Below, piece by piece: positions 37,591 to 48,270 of a stretch of DNA of 64,000 nucleotides. Position 1 is the first letter of the stretch. Every line of letters starts with the position of its first letter. A program made the position numbers and the translations under genes. Source of the stretch: an uncultured Acidobacteriota bacterium (GTDB taxonomy: Bacteria; Acidobacteriota; Vicinamibacteria; Vicinamibacterales; 2-12-FULL-66-21); assembly GCA_963695655.1 (NCBI GenBank), contig CAVOHG010000001.1, forward strand, positions 273,995 through 337,994, read 5' to 3'. The notes below the pieces were generated by a model that saw nothing but the letters and a program-made list of their open reading frames with translations, was not told the origin of the DNA and made no database searches.

Positions 37591-38640
37591 CTACGTCGCT
37601 TCCTTCTGCCCGAAAACCTCGGGGCTCGTCGGGATGCCGCCCTGGCTCACCGTCTCGGCGACTTCGTGCAGGCGCGCCTGCGCCGCGGCCCGCATCCGAT
37701 CGAGCAGCGCCGAAATTCGCTGCGCCTGGTGGACCACCGTCGCGAGGTCCTGCTGCAGCTGCGGATCTGGATAGCCGCGCTCCAGCAGATCGCAATGCCC
37801 GATGATCGTCTGCAGCGCACTGTTCATCTCGGCGGCGATCGACAGCGTGAGCTCCGACATCACTTCCATCGAGCGATATTTCCCGACCGCGATCTGCAAC
37901 TGCTGCGCGACGTGCGCGACCGCAAAAATTTCCGCGATGGGATGGAGAATTTCGATCTGCTGCGGCCCGAAGGCTGACAACTGGCGCGAAACCACATTGA
38001 GTGTGCCGACCGCGCGCCCCTTGGTGAGAAGAGGGAGGAGGAGTGCCGAACGCAGACCCGCACTATACAGAACGTTGACGTCGAGGAAGTCCGGTGCGTC
38101 GACGCTCGTATCGTCGATGACGAGCGGCTCGCGCGACTTCACGACCGAACCAATCGCGGTGCGCTCCGCCTTGAAGATGATGTCCGGCCGAGGCCGGGAC
38201 CGCCGCTCCTCCTGGTTCACCCGGGCGGTGTAGGTCTGGAATTCTTCGCCGTTCTCGGAGAGGAGCGCAAGGCCAACGCGATCGCATGCGACGAGCCGCA
38301 CGATGCGCTCTGCGAGCGCCTGGAACGCGAGGGGCACGTCGACCGAGCGCGCGACCACCTGCAGCACCGCGTTCGAGAGCTCGAGCTGCACCACCTGCTC
38401 CAGCGTCTGGATGTGTGCCTGCTCGTGCGCCGCAATCGCGTGCTTGAATTTGAGAATGCGTCGAGTCGAGACGGCTGCCAGCGTGAGGATGACGCCCCAC
38501 GCCGCCGCGGTTTGAAGGACGCTGCCGCGTGAGTCGCCCGGCAACCCCTGCGATGCCCACGCGATCGCCTGGATCACGGCAAACGCGCCGACCACAGACC
38601 ATGTGGCCACGATCGCGCCGCGCGGCTGGTGGAAATTCAT
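37591..38640 (-). CDS. membrane-anchored GAF-domain protein with degenerate HisKA-like helix and no ATPase domain
   Basis: Two N-terminal TM helices, a GAF domain (RIVRLVACDRVGLALLSENGEEF...LLLPLLTKGRAVGTLNV), then SELTLSIAAEMNSALQTIIGHCDLL, where the H-box His position is Ala. The protein ends about 70 aa later. The start may be 38703. Confidence 0.65.
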   Translation of the reverse strand: MNFHQPRGAIVATWSVVGAFAVIQAIAWASQGLPGDSRGSVLQTAAAWGVILTLAAVSTRRILKFKHAIAAHEQAHIQTLEQVVQLELSNAVLQVVARSVDVPLAFQALAERIVRLVACDRVGLALLSENGEEFQTYTARVNQEERRSRPRPDIIFKAERTAIGSVVKSREPLVIDDTSVDAPDFLDVNVLYSAGLRSALLLPLLTKGRAVGTLNVVSRQLSAFGPQQIEILHPIAEIFAVAHVAQQLQIAVGKYRSMEVMSELTLSIAAEMNSALQTIIGHCDLLERGYPDPQLQQDLATVVHQAQRISALLDRMRAAAQARLHEVAETVSQGGIPTSPEVFGQKEAT

Positions 38641-38787
38641 GCCTCCACCCACTTTATTACGATTACCTGCCGCATCGGCTGCATACAGAACTGGACCGCA
38701 CACCCATTCGGCCCCGGACTGTCCGACGCAGGCGCCTCCAGAGACGCAGCGCCGGGTCTGATCGACGGCAGGAGCGGCTGACCGGCA

Positions 38788-41700
38788 CTATACCGCATGA
38801 GGCGCGACTGGCGACCGGTGCTGCTCCGAGTCGAACGCTCTCAGTGCGCGGTCGCGCTCGGCGCCTGGAACCAGCGGGAATGTTCGGAGAATGTGGCTGA
38901 AGTCCGATCGCCCGATCGGATAGAGGCGGGCGACCGCGCCCTGCAGCAGTGCGGCGCTCAGCTGGTCATCCGGGTTGCTGGAGAGGCTCCGCGAGAGGAA
39001 CACGATTCGCTTGAACGCGGGTGCGTCGGGCGCGAGAACCGGAACCCGGAGCCGCTCGACAATCGAGACGGTCACGTGTATGCCGACGCGGAGCCGCACG
39101 AGGTAATTCGCGACGAAGCTGTTGAAGACGCCGCAGAGAAACTGCTGTACATCAGCGTGTACATTCCCTTTCAGGCAGAACAGTGTGTGGGTCGTCACCG
39201 TGTGTGCGGGCACGATGGCGGCAATCAACGTCAGCCGATTCGAAGAGGATGCGACGTCACGATACGCGAGTCGAGGCCGCGAGTACGTGCGATCCTCATC
39301 GAGCAGTGTTCGTGCGATGTGCGCAGGCACCCGGAAACGGGCCGAGGCCAGGTCGACCCGGAATGGCGCAATCTGCTTACCCTCGAGTACCGGGTAGTGG
39401 TCGTGCTTGCCGCGGTTCCCCTTCGAACCCGTGCCCGTCTCGACGAAATGGCGCCTGTCCTCGGTGGCATTGAGTTCTCGACCAAACGCGACGTGCCACC
39501 CCGACACATCGCACAGGGCCGGGACCGAGAAGGTGATGCCCGCTGCAATGCGAAGGTCGTCGTCCGTGCGGAGCTCAGGCACCGCGTATTGCTCGCCGGA
39601 TACCTGTGCCATCAGCGTCACCGGAATCGACACTGCCCGCGGGTCCACACCGACGTCCGGCAGGTCGTCGAGCACGTCAGGTGAACGGACGCCGAACCTG
39701 CACGAGAGGGCAGGGCTCGCGCCATCGGCGGACGCCGTCATGAGCAGGAACTTCAGCGCCCGGTGGATCGGGAACAGCCCGTCGCGGTTCTCGATCGAAA
39801 CGAAGGTGTCGACGCGGGTGCGCTGCAGGATGTGCCGGCGCAGGGCGGCGCAGCCATGGTCGGACGCGAATCCCGAAGGTAAGACGAATCCAACCCGTCC
39901 ACCACTGCGGACGAGCATGAGGCCCCGCTCGAGGAACAGCTGGAAGAGATTGGCGTGTCCCGTCCCCCTGCGAGGCATAGATCCCTGACGAACGCGCGAA
40001 GTCCGTCAGGCCAGCGCCCTCCCGCGACAGCGCGGTGACCGCGGAGCATCTCCCACGGCGGATTGCACACGACGGCGTCGAAACCCGGGCGACGGCGGCC
40101 CGTCTCCTTCGGGCTGCTGAAAGACCTCGGGGAACTCCAGCGTCCAGTGGAAGAACCGTTCACGTTCAGCGATCGCGCGCGCCTTCTCGCAGCAGTGGCG
40201 ACGCCACTCGCGAAGGGAGCGCGGTGCCGCGTCCGAGGACTTCATCGAGCAGGGCGCCAAATGTCGTACTGCGCTGACGCGCGGTGGCAGGCGGCGCGTC
40301 ATCGAACCACGCCGCGCACCAGAGATCGGCTGCCCGTCTGAACCGGGCCAGCGGTGCATCGTCTCGCACGAGCGAAGCCATCAGACGTTCCTTTGCCCTG
40401 ACCTGATCGACCGTGTCTCCGGGATCTCCGGCGAGCGACTCGCGTGCGGCAATCGCCGCGCCGAGCGCATCAGCGGCGGCATCGATCTCGAACAGCGGAA
40501 GCCGTGCCGCCCGGACGCGGGTTCCGCGGCTGGACGGCGGCTGGCGTGCCACGTCGGCGAGCGACGCTCCCGAAAGGCTGTTGCCGGTGCGAAGGTGATG
40601 ATCGAGAAAGGTCAGAGGCCGGTCGGCAGACAGGGTAGCAAGCCAGAGCGACAACCTTCCGAGCTGCACCGCCATCGGGTTGATGTCGACTCCGAAGAGG
40701 CATCGCTGGGCGATGACACGACGGAAGCCAGCGCGCTCGGAGTCGGTCACGTCAGCGGCGGCGACGACGCCGTCGCGAATGAGGGCCGCCTCGTAGGACG
40801 CCGCCAGGAACCGGCAGGCGGCAACGAGAAACGCGCCGCTTCCCATCGCCGGGTCGAGCACTCGCAACGCGAGGATTCGATCGGGCGAGGCCTCTCTGAC
40901 GAGAGGCGCGAGCGTTCGCCTGACGACATACTCGGTCAGCGAACGCGGTGTGTAGAACGCACCTGACGCCTTGCGTTTACCGGCGGGGACAAGCGTCAAC
41001 GATCCGCGTGTGCCGGGCACCCATTCAGGGGCGAAATCCAGGATCCGCTCGTACACGCCTCCAAGCTGCTCGACCCCGAGATCCCCGTACGCGATGCGCC
41101 GCCGCCCCTCTCGCCCGGCACGCGTAGTCAACGCCAGCAGCACCTCCCGCACCGCCCCGTCGTCCAGCGCAACCGACGAGGCCAGCGGCGCCTCGCTGGG
41201 CGAAAAGAGCCGACCGTTGAACGGCGCGACCCGGAGTGTTCCGGCGCGGCAGCCCTTGTGCGCCAGTCGTGAGATGGCCTGCAGCGCCTCCCAGACGCCC
41301 TTTGGCCGGAGCTGCCGTTCGATCGGGCAGTCTCAACGACTCGATCGTGTAGCTGTCTCCGTACGTCGGGTGCCATTTGGGGACCAATCCACGGGCCTCG
41401 GCGAACAGCAGGAACAGGATGCGGTAAAGAACGGTGAGCGACTCATCGAAGAGAACGTCTGCTGGCGGCAGGGTGCGACGGCCGTGAGCACGCGCGAACG
41501 CCGAGACGAGTCGCTCGAGCGCGTCGTGCACGCCGCGTTGAAGCGAAACCCGGACGTCGCTCCGGTGTTCCTCGGAAATTCGAACCGCCCTGTCCAGCCG
41601 CGGAACGGTCGGTCGAGAATGCAGTTGCCTGCAACAGATGCCAGAACAACTTGAAGCTGTCGGGATGCCCGATCGTCACCTCGAGATCGAACTGGACGAA

Positions 41701-42133
41701 TCGCCGGGAGTAAGTTCGGCGCGAGTCGAACACGCGCACGACGGGACCGTTGACGCAGAGGCACCAGCGGACGCCCTTCCCGATGCCGAGCAGCACGGCG
41801 TCGCGCCACGCCGCTCCGGGTTCGCGCCCCCAGGCCGTGACCAGGACGACCGCGGCTTGCAATCCGCCGGCGTGCAGTACGCCTCGCAGGACTCGCGTCG
41901 GTGTCGGCACGTGTCAGGATCGTGCGGAATCCAAGCTCCGAAAAGAGCGGCACGGCGACGCGGTCGTAGACGGCGCGCGCGCTCGAGGCGGGACCCATGG
42001 TGCGAAGAACCGCCGTAATCCAGGCCTGGAGTCGCCGCCGCGGCATTGCCACTTCGTCGTCCGTGGCGACGAGCCGCGCGTGATCGGCCACGCCCTCGTG
42101 CGACAGGAGCGACCCGGACAGCCCGGCAATCAT
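38788..42133 (-). pseudogene. type IIG / Eco57I- or PglX-like N6-adenine DNA methyltransferase, at least 7 frameshifts
   Basis: Collinear pieces in alternating frames. N-terminal ...WCLCVNGPVVRVFD..., LYRILFLLFAEARGLVP, SGAFYTPRSLTEYVV, motif I VLDPAMGSGAFL, FFHWTLEFPEVF, motif IV DAVVCNPPWEML, then an intact 396-aa C-terminal frame (38788-39978). All 7 junctions are +1. Confidence 0.75.
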
Positions 42134-42182
42134 CGGGTGACCGGGTCGACGATGAGAAGGGCGATGAGTTCGACTCGGATCG

Positions 42183-44658
42183 TCAGCGCGTTGTTCCGAG
42201 CCGTCGCAGCGAGGCGCTCCTGCGAGCTGTCTCGAGCAGCGTCCCGGCCGCCCGGCGCCTGGCGCCGAGTGCTTTGAGTGCGCGTCCATCGAACAGGCCG
42301 ACCTGGATCAGTTCTCTCGCTGTGGATGGCACCGCGCGCACTGATGCTCGAGTCGCGCCGCGCCAGCTGCTCGCACCGATGCCGCGGTAGAGCGTGGTCG
42401 CTGCGGCAAGTGAGCTTGCGTGCATTTCCAGGGCGGCAGAGCGGATCGAGGGTTCACGTTCCTTGATCAATGTCCGAACCATTCTCCGTACGCACATGGA
42501 CGAGCGATCCGCCAGATCTCAGGTGTCCGCTGACATGAGTGCTGAGCAGCTCCCGGTACTTCGGTGCGCCCGTTTCACTGTTGAGAGAGACCGAGTGTAT
42601 GAAGATCAGGCCCGGCGGGATCCGGTCGCGACCGGAGCCGAGCGACTGTGGTGAAGATCCCGAAGTCCTCGGCGTGGTTGCCGCGATGCGCGATCTCCAT
42701 ACGCGCTGCTGCGCGATCCGGCCGCGCCTCGGCTCGAGCCTCCTCCCTGAGCGACGGCGCCGCGCTAACCGTACGATCGACGCGTTGGACCAGGCGCCGA
42801 GGTGTCCGGTGCCTGCAAGGGCGTGCCGTCCATGACCGCTGCTGCGACGCGCGATTCGGTCAGGACGTCAGCCAGACGAGAGAGGAATGGCGCTGCCGCT
42901 CCGCCGCTGGCCGCTCGAACCGCGAGCGGCGCGAGCACGAGCCGTTCGGCGGTGTCGTCTGCAACGAAAAGGATTTCGTGAACCCGGCGCTGCTGACCGA
43001 TCCGATCGACTCTGCCGGTCCGCTGCTCGAGACGGGCAGGACTCCAGGGCAGCTCGTAATGAATCACGAGCCGGCAGCCGGAGTGGCTTGGCCCGCCGAG
43101 ATGCAGGTTCAGACCTTCCGACGCCGCATCCGTGGCCAGCAGGAGCCCGCCACGGTTGGCGAACCCGGACACCGTGGTCTGTCGTTCCGCCGGGGACAGG
43201 CCGCCGTGAAGACGCCGCACCTCGTGCCCGGCGGCTACCGCAAGTGCGATACAACTGCTCGAGGGTGTCGCGAAATTCCGTGAACACCAGCACGGGCTCA
43301 CGAACGCGATTCAGAAACCGGAGCAGCAGGCGCTGCTTCGACTCGTGCCGCGCCGCGTTGTCCGCCGACGAGATGATGGCGGAAAGCCAGCGGCGCTCCC
43401 GGCCGACATCCTCCAGACCCGGTGCTGCGAGGACTGCGTCAGGCGCTTCATCCGCCGGCATCCTGATCCGATTCGTCGCTCGAGAGCGGCAGGGAAGGCT
43501 GGTATTCGAAAGCGCGGCGTAGGCACGTCTGCGAGCAGGGCGAGCCGGCGGCGGGCGGAGGCAGCGAGCGAGCCGGCGCTCGACAGCGCCCGTTTCTTGA
43601 GCACGACCGCGGTCAGCCGTGCGTTCGTGTCCTGTCGAGCGTCTGCCTCGCGGCAAACCCGCGACGAATACTCATCGAGCAGGCGGTGCATCCGGCGCTC
43701 GGCATCGGTGGGCGCGACTGGCAACACGACGGTCCGTCTCGCACCTGCAGCTCCGGCATCCGACACGCGATCGCTGGAAGACGAGGAGCGGCGGGCTGTC
43801 GGATCCGACCTCGCCGATTCGGCAGAGTGCGGCGAACTGCTGCGCATCACCGGCGTGCGGCGTCGCGGTGAGCAGTACGACCCGCCTCGCGCGGCACGCG
43901 GCAGCGTGCACCGCGGCGCGGCGGGCCGTACCGAGAGACGCCCCGTGTGCCTCGTCGACCACGACGATGTCCCAGTGGACCTGCTCGAGCGGCTCGAGCA
44001 CTTCCGGCCGCTTGATGAAGTCGAATGACGAGAGATACAGCCCTGGAAGCGTCCACGGATTTACGTCAGGCGGGAGATCACGGCAGACACGGGCCAGCCA
44101 CTCGGCGTCTGCGGTTCTCGCCTCGATCGAGAACTTTTCCGCCAGTTCGCGCGACCATTGCTCGCGCAGGCCGGCCGGCGCGACGACGAGCCCGCGGAAG
44201 GCTTCGTCGCGGGCAAGTTCGGCGAGGACGAGGCCCGGCCTGGACGGTCTTTCCGAGGCCGACGGCGTCCGCAATCATCACCCGCACCGACGCCGTGCCG
44301 CACCATCGCCAGCGCGGGTTCCAGCTGATACGGCAGCAGGTCGATCCTCGTCGCTATTGCAGCCTGCAACCCGCCAATCGGTTGCACATGCGATCCGATG
44401 TCGCGCACTGTGTTCAGCCATCGCAATGGCCGCAGCACTGCGATAGACGACGACCGATGTAGGTGCTGCGGGCGGTCGAAGGGGGCAAGGAATGTCCGAT
44501 CCGACCTGGCCGCGCCCGGATGCGGCTCGCAGCCGGAGCGCTTCGCAGTCCTCGTAAAGTGTCCGCTCCACGAGCGTCCACCGCTCGCCTCGCACGAGGA
44601 GCCGATCGCCCGCGCGCCATGGCTCTGTCGCAACCACCACGGGAGATACGACAGGCAA
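42183..44658 (-). pseudogene. SNF2/DEAH-type helicase, at least 6 frameshifts
   Basis: Pieces in different frames. WRAGDRLLVRGERWTLVE, LLPYQLEPALAM, motif I IADAVGLGKTVQAG, motif II VVVDEAH, motif III LLTATPH, ESKQRLLLRFLNRVREPVLVFTEF, LLATDAASEGLNLH, motif VI EQRTGRVDRIGQ. Ends 50 nt upstream of the methyltransferase ATG. Confidence 0.7.
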
Positions 44659-44828
44659 ACGCGCTGCCTGCCACTCATCATGAGGAACGAGCCGACGCTG
44701 TGAGCTCTAAGTCGAGCGCCGACGAGCAGTTGATGGGAGATCAGCGAAAGAGGACGGTGTGCACGGAGCCGAGCCGAGTCGCAGAATCTGAACTGACCCG
44801 GCGTATGCTGGTTACGAGTTTTTTGCAG

Positions 44829-44933
44829 TCGCCAGTCGCCAGTCGCCAGTCGCCAGTCGCCAGTCGCCGAGTCCCGAGCCCAGCCGAACCCCGAACCCCG
44901 AATCCCCGATCCCCGAATCCCGACAGCGAAGCC
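44829..44933. repeat. 15 phased heptamers: (TCGCCAG)x5 grading into CGAACCC/CGAATCC units
   Basis: Read directly. Lies between the helicase 5' region and the stop (44936) of the coiled-coil gene. TCGCCAG is identical to the 22.1-kb array unit, and GAACCCC is the complement of the 20.7-kb GGGGTTC unit. Confidence 0.88.
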
Positions 44934-44935
44934 CC

Positions 44936-47510
44936 CTACCCCTCCGCCCTCACCTGATCGAGTGCGCGCTTCGAGAGAATGAGTGGCGGCGCGCCGCCCT
45001 GCACGCGCGGAGCGGTCGACGCCGGAACTCGCACCCGTCGGATTCTGCACCCGCGGCCGTAGGTCACGCCGGCCACCTGCGGTGGCACCGACAGCCCGGC
45101 CATCAACTCGCGGATCTCGTCGGCAGGCGTCTCCGCCGGTTTGCTCGCGGCCGAGGGGAGGCCCGAGGCCGGCAGCCGATGTGTACTCGGCGCGGCAAGC
45201 TGCCGGGCCCAGAAGGCGAGCGGCATCAGCCGCAGCAGGGACGGGGCATTCTGAGGGCCGATCCTGAAATCCGCGAACGGATCGGCGGCCCGTGCCGCCG
45301 CGGCCGCCTCGGCCGCGACTCTCGCCCGTTCCTTCCGCGCTCGTTCGCGCTCCGCTTCGGCGGCCTCGATTCGTTGTTGCTCGCGCTCGGCGGCGAGTCG
45401 CTCCTCTTCCCTGGCGGCTGCGGCTTCGGCCTCCAGGCGCAGCCGTTCCCGCTCCGCTGCCGCTTCGGCCTCGAGCCGGATGCGCTCACGTTCTGCCGCC
45501 GCCTCAGCCTCGATTCGCCGTCGCTCGCGGAGCGCCGCCGCCTCGGCCTCGAGGCGCAGGCGCTCGCGTTCGGCCGCGGCTTCGGCTTCGAGCCGCAGGC
45601 GTTCTCTCTCTGCCGCGGCCTCGGCCTCGATGCGCAGCCGCTCGCGTTTCGCGGCGGCCTCGGCCTCGCGTCGCAGATGCTCTTCGCTGGCCGCGGCTTC
45701 GGCAGCGAGACGCACCCGCTCGCGCTCGGCCGCTTCGGCCGCCAGTCTCGCTCGCTCCCGCTCCGCTGCTGCGACGGCTTCAAGCCGCAGCCGTTCGCGC
45801 TCGGCGGCCGCTTCCGCTTCGAGACGAAGCCGTTCACGTTCCTTCGCAGCCTCGGCCTCACGCCGCAGTTGCTCCTTGAGCGCCGCCGCTTCGGCGGCGA
45901 GGCGCGCACGCTCCTCTTCGGCGATCCTGGCGCGCTCACGCTCGGCGGCTGCGATCGCTTCCAGTCGGACCCGTTCGCGTTCGGCAGCAGCGGCTGCCTC
46001 GACGCGGAGTCGTTCCCGTTCTGCCGCCGCCACGGCCTCCCGGCGCGCGCGTTCCTTTTCGGCCGCGGCCAGCGCCTCGAGCCGCTCACGTTCCTTCTTT
46101 GCCGCCGCCTCAGCCTCGAGTCGCTTGCGCTCCTCGGCTTCGGCCCGCTTCCGTTCCGCCGCCGCCCGCGCCTCGGCTTCCTTCCTTGCCGCGGCCTCAG
46201 CCTCGAGGCGCTTGCGCTCCTCGGCCTCGGCGCGCTTCCGCTCCGCGGCCGCCCGGGCCTCGGCTTCTTTCCTTGCCGCGACCTCGGCTTCGAGGCGCTT
46301 GCGCTCCTCGGCTTCGGCCCGTTTCCGTTCCGCCGCTGCCCGCGCCTCGGCTTCCTTTCTTGCCGCGGCTTCAGCCTCGAGGCGCTTGCGTTCCTCGGCC
46401 TCGGCGCGCTTCCGCTCCGCGGCCGCGCGCGCCTCGGCGTCCTTCTTCGCTTTCGCGGCCGCCTCCGCTTCGCGCTTGACACGTTCGGCCTCTGCGGCCG
46501 CGGCTGCTTCGACGCGCCGTCGCTCCTTCTCCGCCGCCGCTGCCTCGCCGCGCAAGCGCTCCTTCTCGGCTGCGGCCGCCTGGCGCCCGCTGCCTCTCCA
46601 CTTCGGCCGCCGCGGCCGCCTCCGCACGGAGGCGCTCCTTCTGCGCCGCGGCAGCGGCCGCGCGCTCCCGCTCGGCTTCGGCAGCAGCCGCGGCTTCGGC
46701 GCGCCGGCGCTCCTTTTCCGCCGCTTTGGCGTCGACGCGCGCGCGTTCGGCCTCCTGCGCCGCCGCCGCTTCCACACGTGCGCGCTCGCGTGCGGCTTCC
46801 TCCTGGCCTCGTGACTGGCTGGTGCGCTGTTCCTGTTCGCGGCGCTGCTCTTCCAGTTCGGCGGCGACCGCAATCGGCGTGGCGGTCACCAGCGGAGCCT
46901 CTGACGAAGCCGGCGCTTCGGCCCGCGCCTCGACGGCTTCTGGAACACTCTCAGTCCGACGCCACTCGAACGGTGACGACCACGAGGAGTCGGACGCAAC
47001 CTCCGCGGTCGTGCCCGCCTCGGCAACAGGTGCATTGCCCGGTCGCGGCTGATCCTGCGCATGCACGGCCCGCGCGATCGTCGTCGGCCCCGCCGCTTTC
47101 AGCTCCGCCGCACGCGTCAGAAAGGTGCCGACTTCGTCCGCGAACATCTTCGGGTCGCAGCCGGTGATGGGCTCTGCGGTCCCCTTCTTCCGCCGAAATT
47201 TCGCCAGCAGGCCACCGGACCCGGCCGGCGCCGCCGCCGGCTCCCCCGGTGACGCGAGCTGCGGGATCGTGTGCGTCTGGACGTGGTCGGCACCGGCGAG
47301 CGTGCGCAGGTGGGCCACCATCTCGTCCTCGTCGCGCGGCGACAGCAGAGCGGTCAGCAGGACGACGTCCGGCACTCGTGCGGCAAGCGCGGCCACCGCG
47401 GCGTCGCGCGAATCGACGACCACGAGCTCCGCACGGATCCGCTCGTGGATCACCCGCGTGAGGATGGCCGCCTGTTTGTGGTCCGGTTCAACTGCGAGTA
47501 CGAGTGCCAC
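44936..47510 (-). pseudogene. FrzS/AglZ-like protein: N-terminal pseudo-receiver domain + very long E/A/R/K coiled coil + C-terminal globular part; one +1 frameshift
   Basis: GTG 47510. VLAVEPDHKQAAILTRVIHERIRAELVVVDSRDAAVAALAARVPDVVLLTALLSP (REC fold, phospho-Asp position is Thr). Repeats such as [29 protein letters not shown] and [13 protein letters not shown]. The two track ORFs (46371-47510 and 44936-46873) join near 46576-46592. Total length is 3n+1. Confidence 0.7.
46107..46455. repeat. four tandem 87-bp (29-codon) repeats inside the coiled-coil gene
   Basis: Unit starts at 46107, 46194, 46281 and 46368 (GCCTCAGCCTCGAG.GCTTGCGCTCCTCGGC...). Shorter 39-bp (13-codon) repeats at about 45290-45900. 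Confidence 0.85.
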
Positions 47511-47574
47511 GTGTGTCTCTCAAGGTTCCAGGTTCAACGTCCGCGGAGAATTCGGGCGATCGCGTCGCTCCGCC

Positions 47575-47832
47575 CTAGACGCGGAGCATGAACAGAACGA
47601 GCACGGCGCCGACGACGGCGAACACGACCATCGGGGCGTTCTCGATGCTCTGGTGCCGGGCGGCGCTGAGCATGACGTTGCCGATGTCGCTGGCGCGGCT
47701 CTGCCAGGAGGACGCGCTGCCCGCCTGCGAGGTGACGACATCGCGGACGCGGACATCGGCCCACATCAGCGCCAGGACGATGACGCCGAACAACGCCGCC
47801 GACAAGGCTCCCTGGCGAACTCCCAGCTTCAT
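47575..47832 (-). CDS. hypothetical small membrane protein (2 TM)
   Basis: 85 aa from ATG 47832. MKLGVRQGALSAALFGVIVLALMW...MVVFAVVGAVLVLFMLRV. Lies 64 nt upstream of the coiled-coil gene on the same strand. No family recognised. Confidence 0.4.
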   Translation of the reverse strand: MKLGVRQGALSAALFGVIVLALMWADVRVRDVVTSQAGSASSWQSRASDIGNVMLSAARHQSIENAPMVVFAVVGAVLVLFMLRV

Positions 47833-48148
47833 AGCAATCACTCCGCGCGAGCCCGAATGCCGCACTGGTCTCGGGTTCTTGATCGCAAGTGATGTGCCGC
47901 AGCACACAAACGTATGTTCGCGCCACTAAACGGCAGCAATTGCGCCCCAGCGCCGGGGGAAGAGCGCCCTGTTATAAGGAGTCCACGAGGCGAAGCGCCA
48001 CCAAAACCGCGGTGTCGCTTACGAAACTGACGACGGCGGCAGGTTCGGCCCGGCGCTGCGCCCGCCCCGTTGTGCCCGCGCGAGCCGACGGCCAATTGTT
48101 GCAGGCAGAACGACTTGCGCGGCGAAATCGGACGGCGACTTCGAGCCG

Positions 48149-48164
48149 TGGCACAGCCGTTGCG
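48149..48164 (+). promoter_or_regulatory. sigma54 (RpoN) -24/-12 promoter upstream of flp pilin genes
   Basis: TGGCAC-AGCCG-TTGCG matches the TGGCAC-N5-TTGCW consensus exactly in the core, 107 nt upstream of the flp-1 ATG. Confidence 0.55.
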
Positions 48165-48270
48165 ATTAGACCTCCCGTCGGCGCGGTAAGTCACCGCGCA
48201 AATTGAAACGCCTGCGGCCGCGCCGCAAGTTCGCATCGCCCAAGGCGGTGCACATCCCCGGGAGGATTCA

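Noticed and set aside
38788-44935. Mobile genetic island (integrase, transposase, tRNA target, direct repeats) carrying the helicase/MTase module.
   Set aside because: No recombinase, transposase, tRNA gene or flanking direct repeat could be found. Composition looks like the rest of the window. Only the heptamer array at 44.8 kb marks one border.
47893-47906. Inverted repeat TGTGC-CGCA-GCACA as an upstream activator site for the sigma54 promoter.
   Set aside because: It is short (5-bp arms), about 250 nt from the promoter, has no second copy, and could occur by chance.
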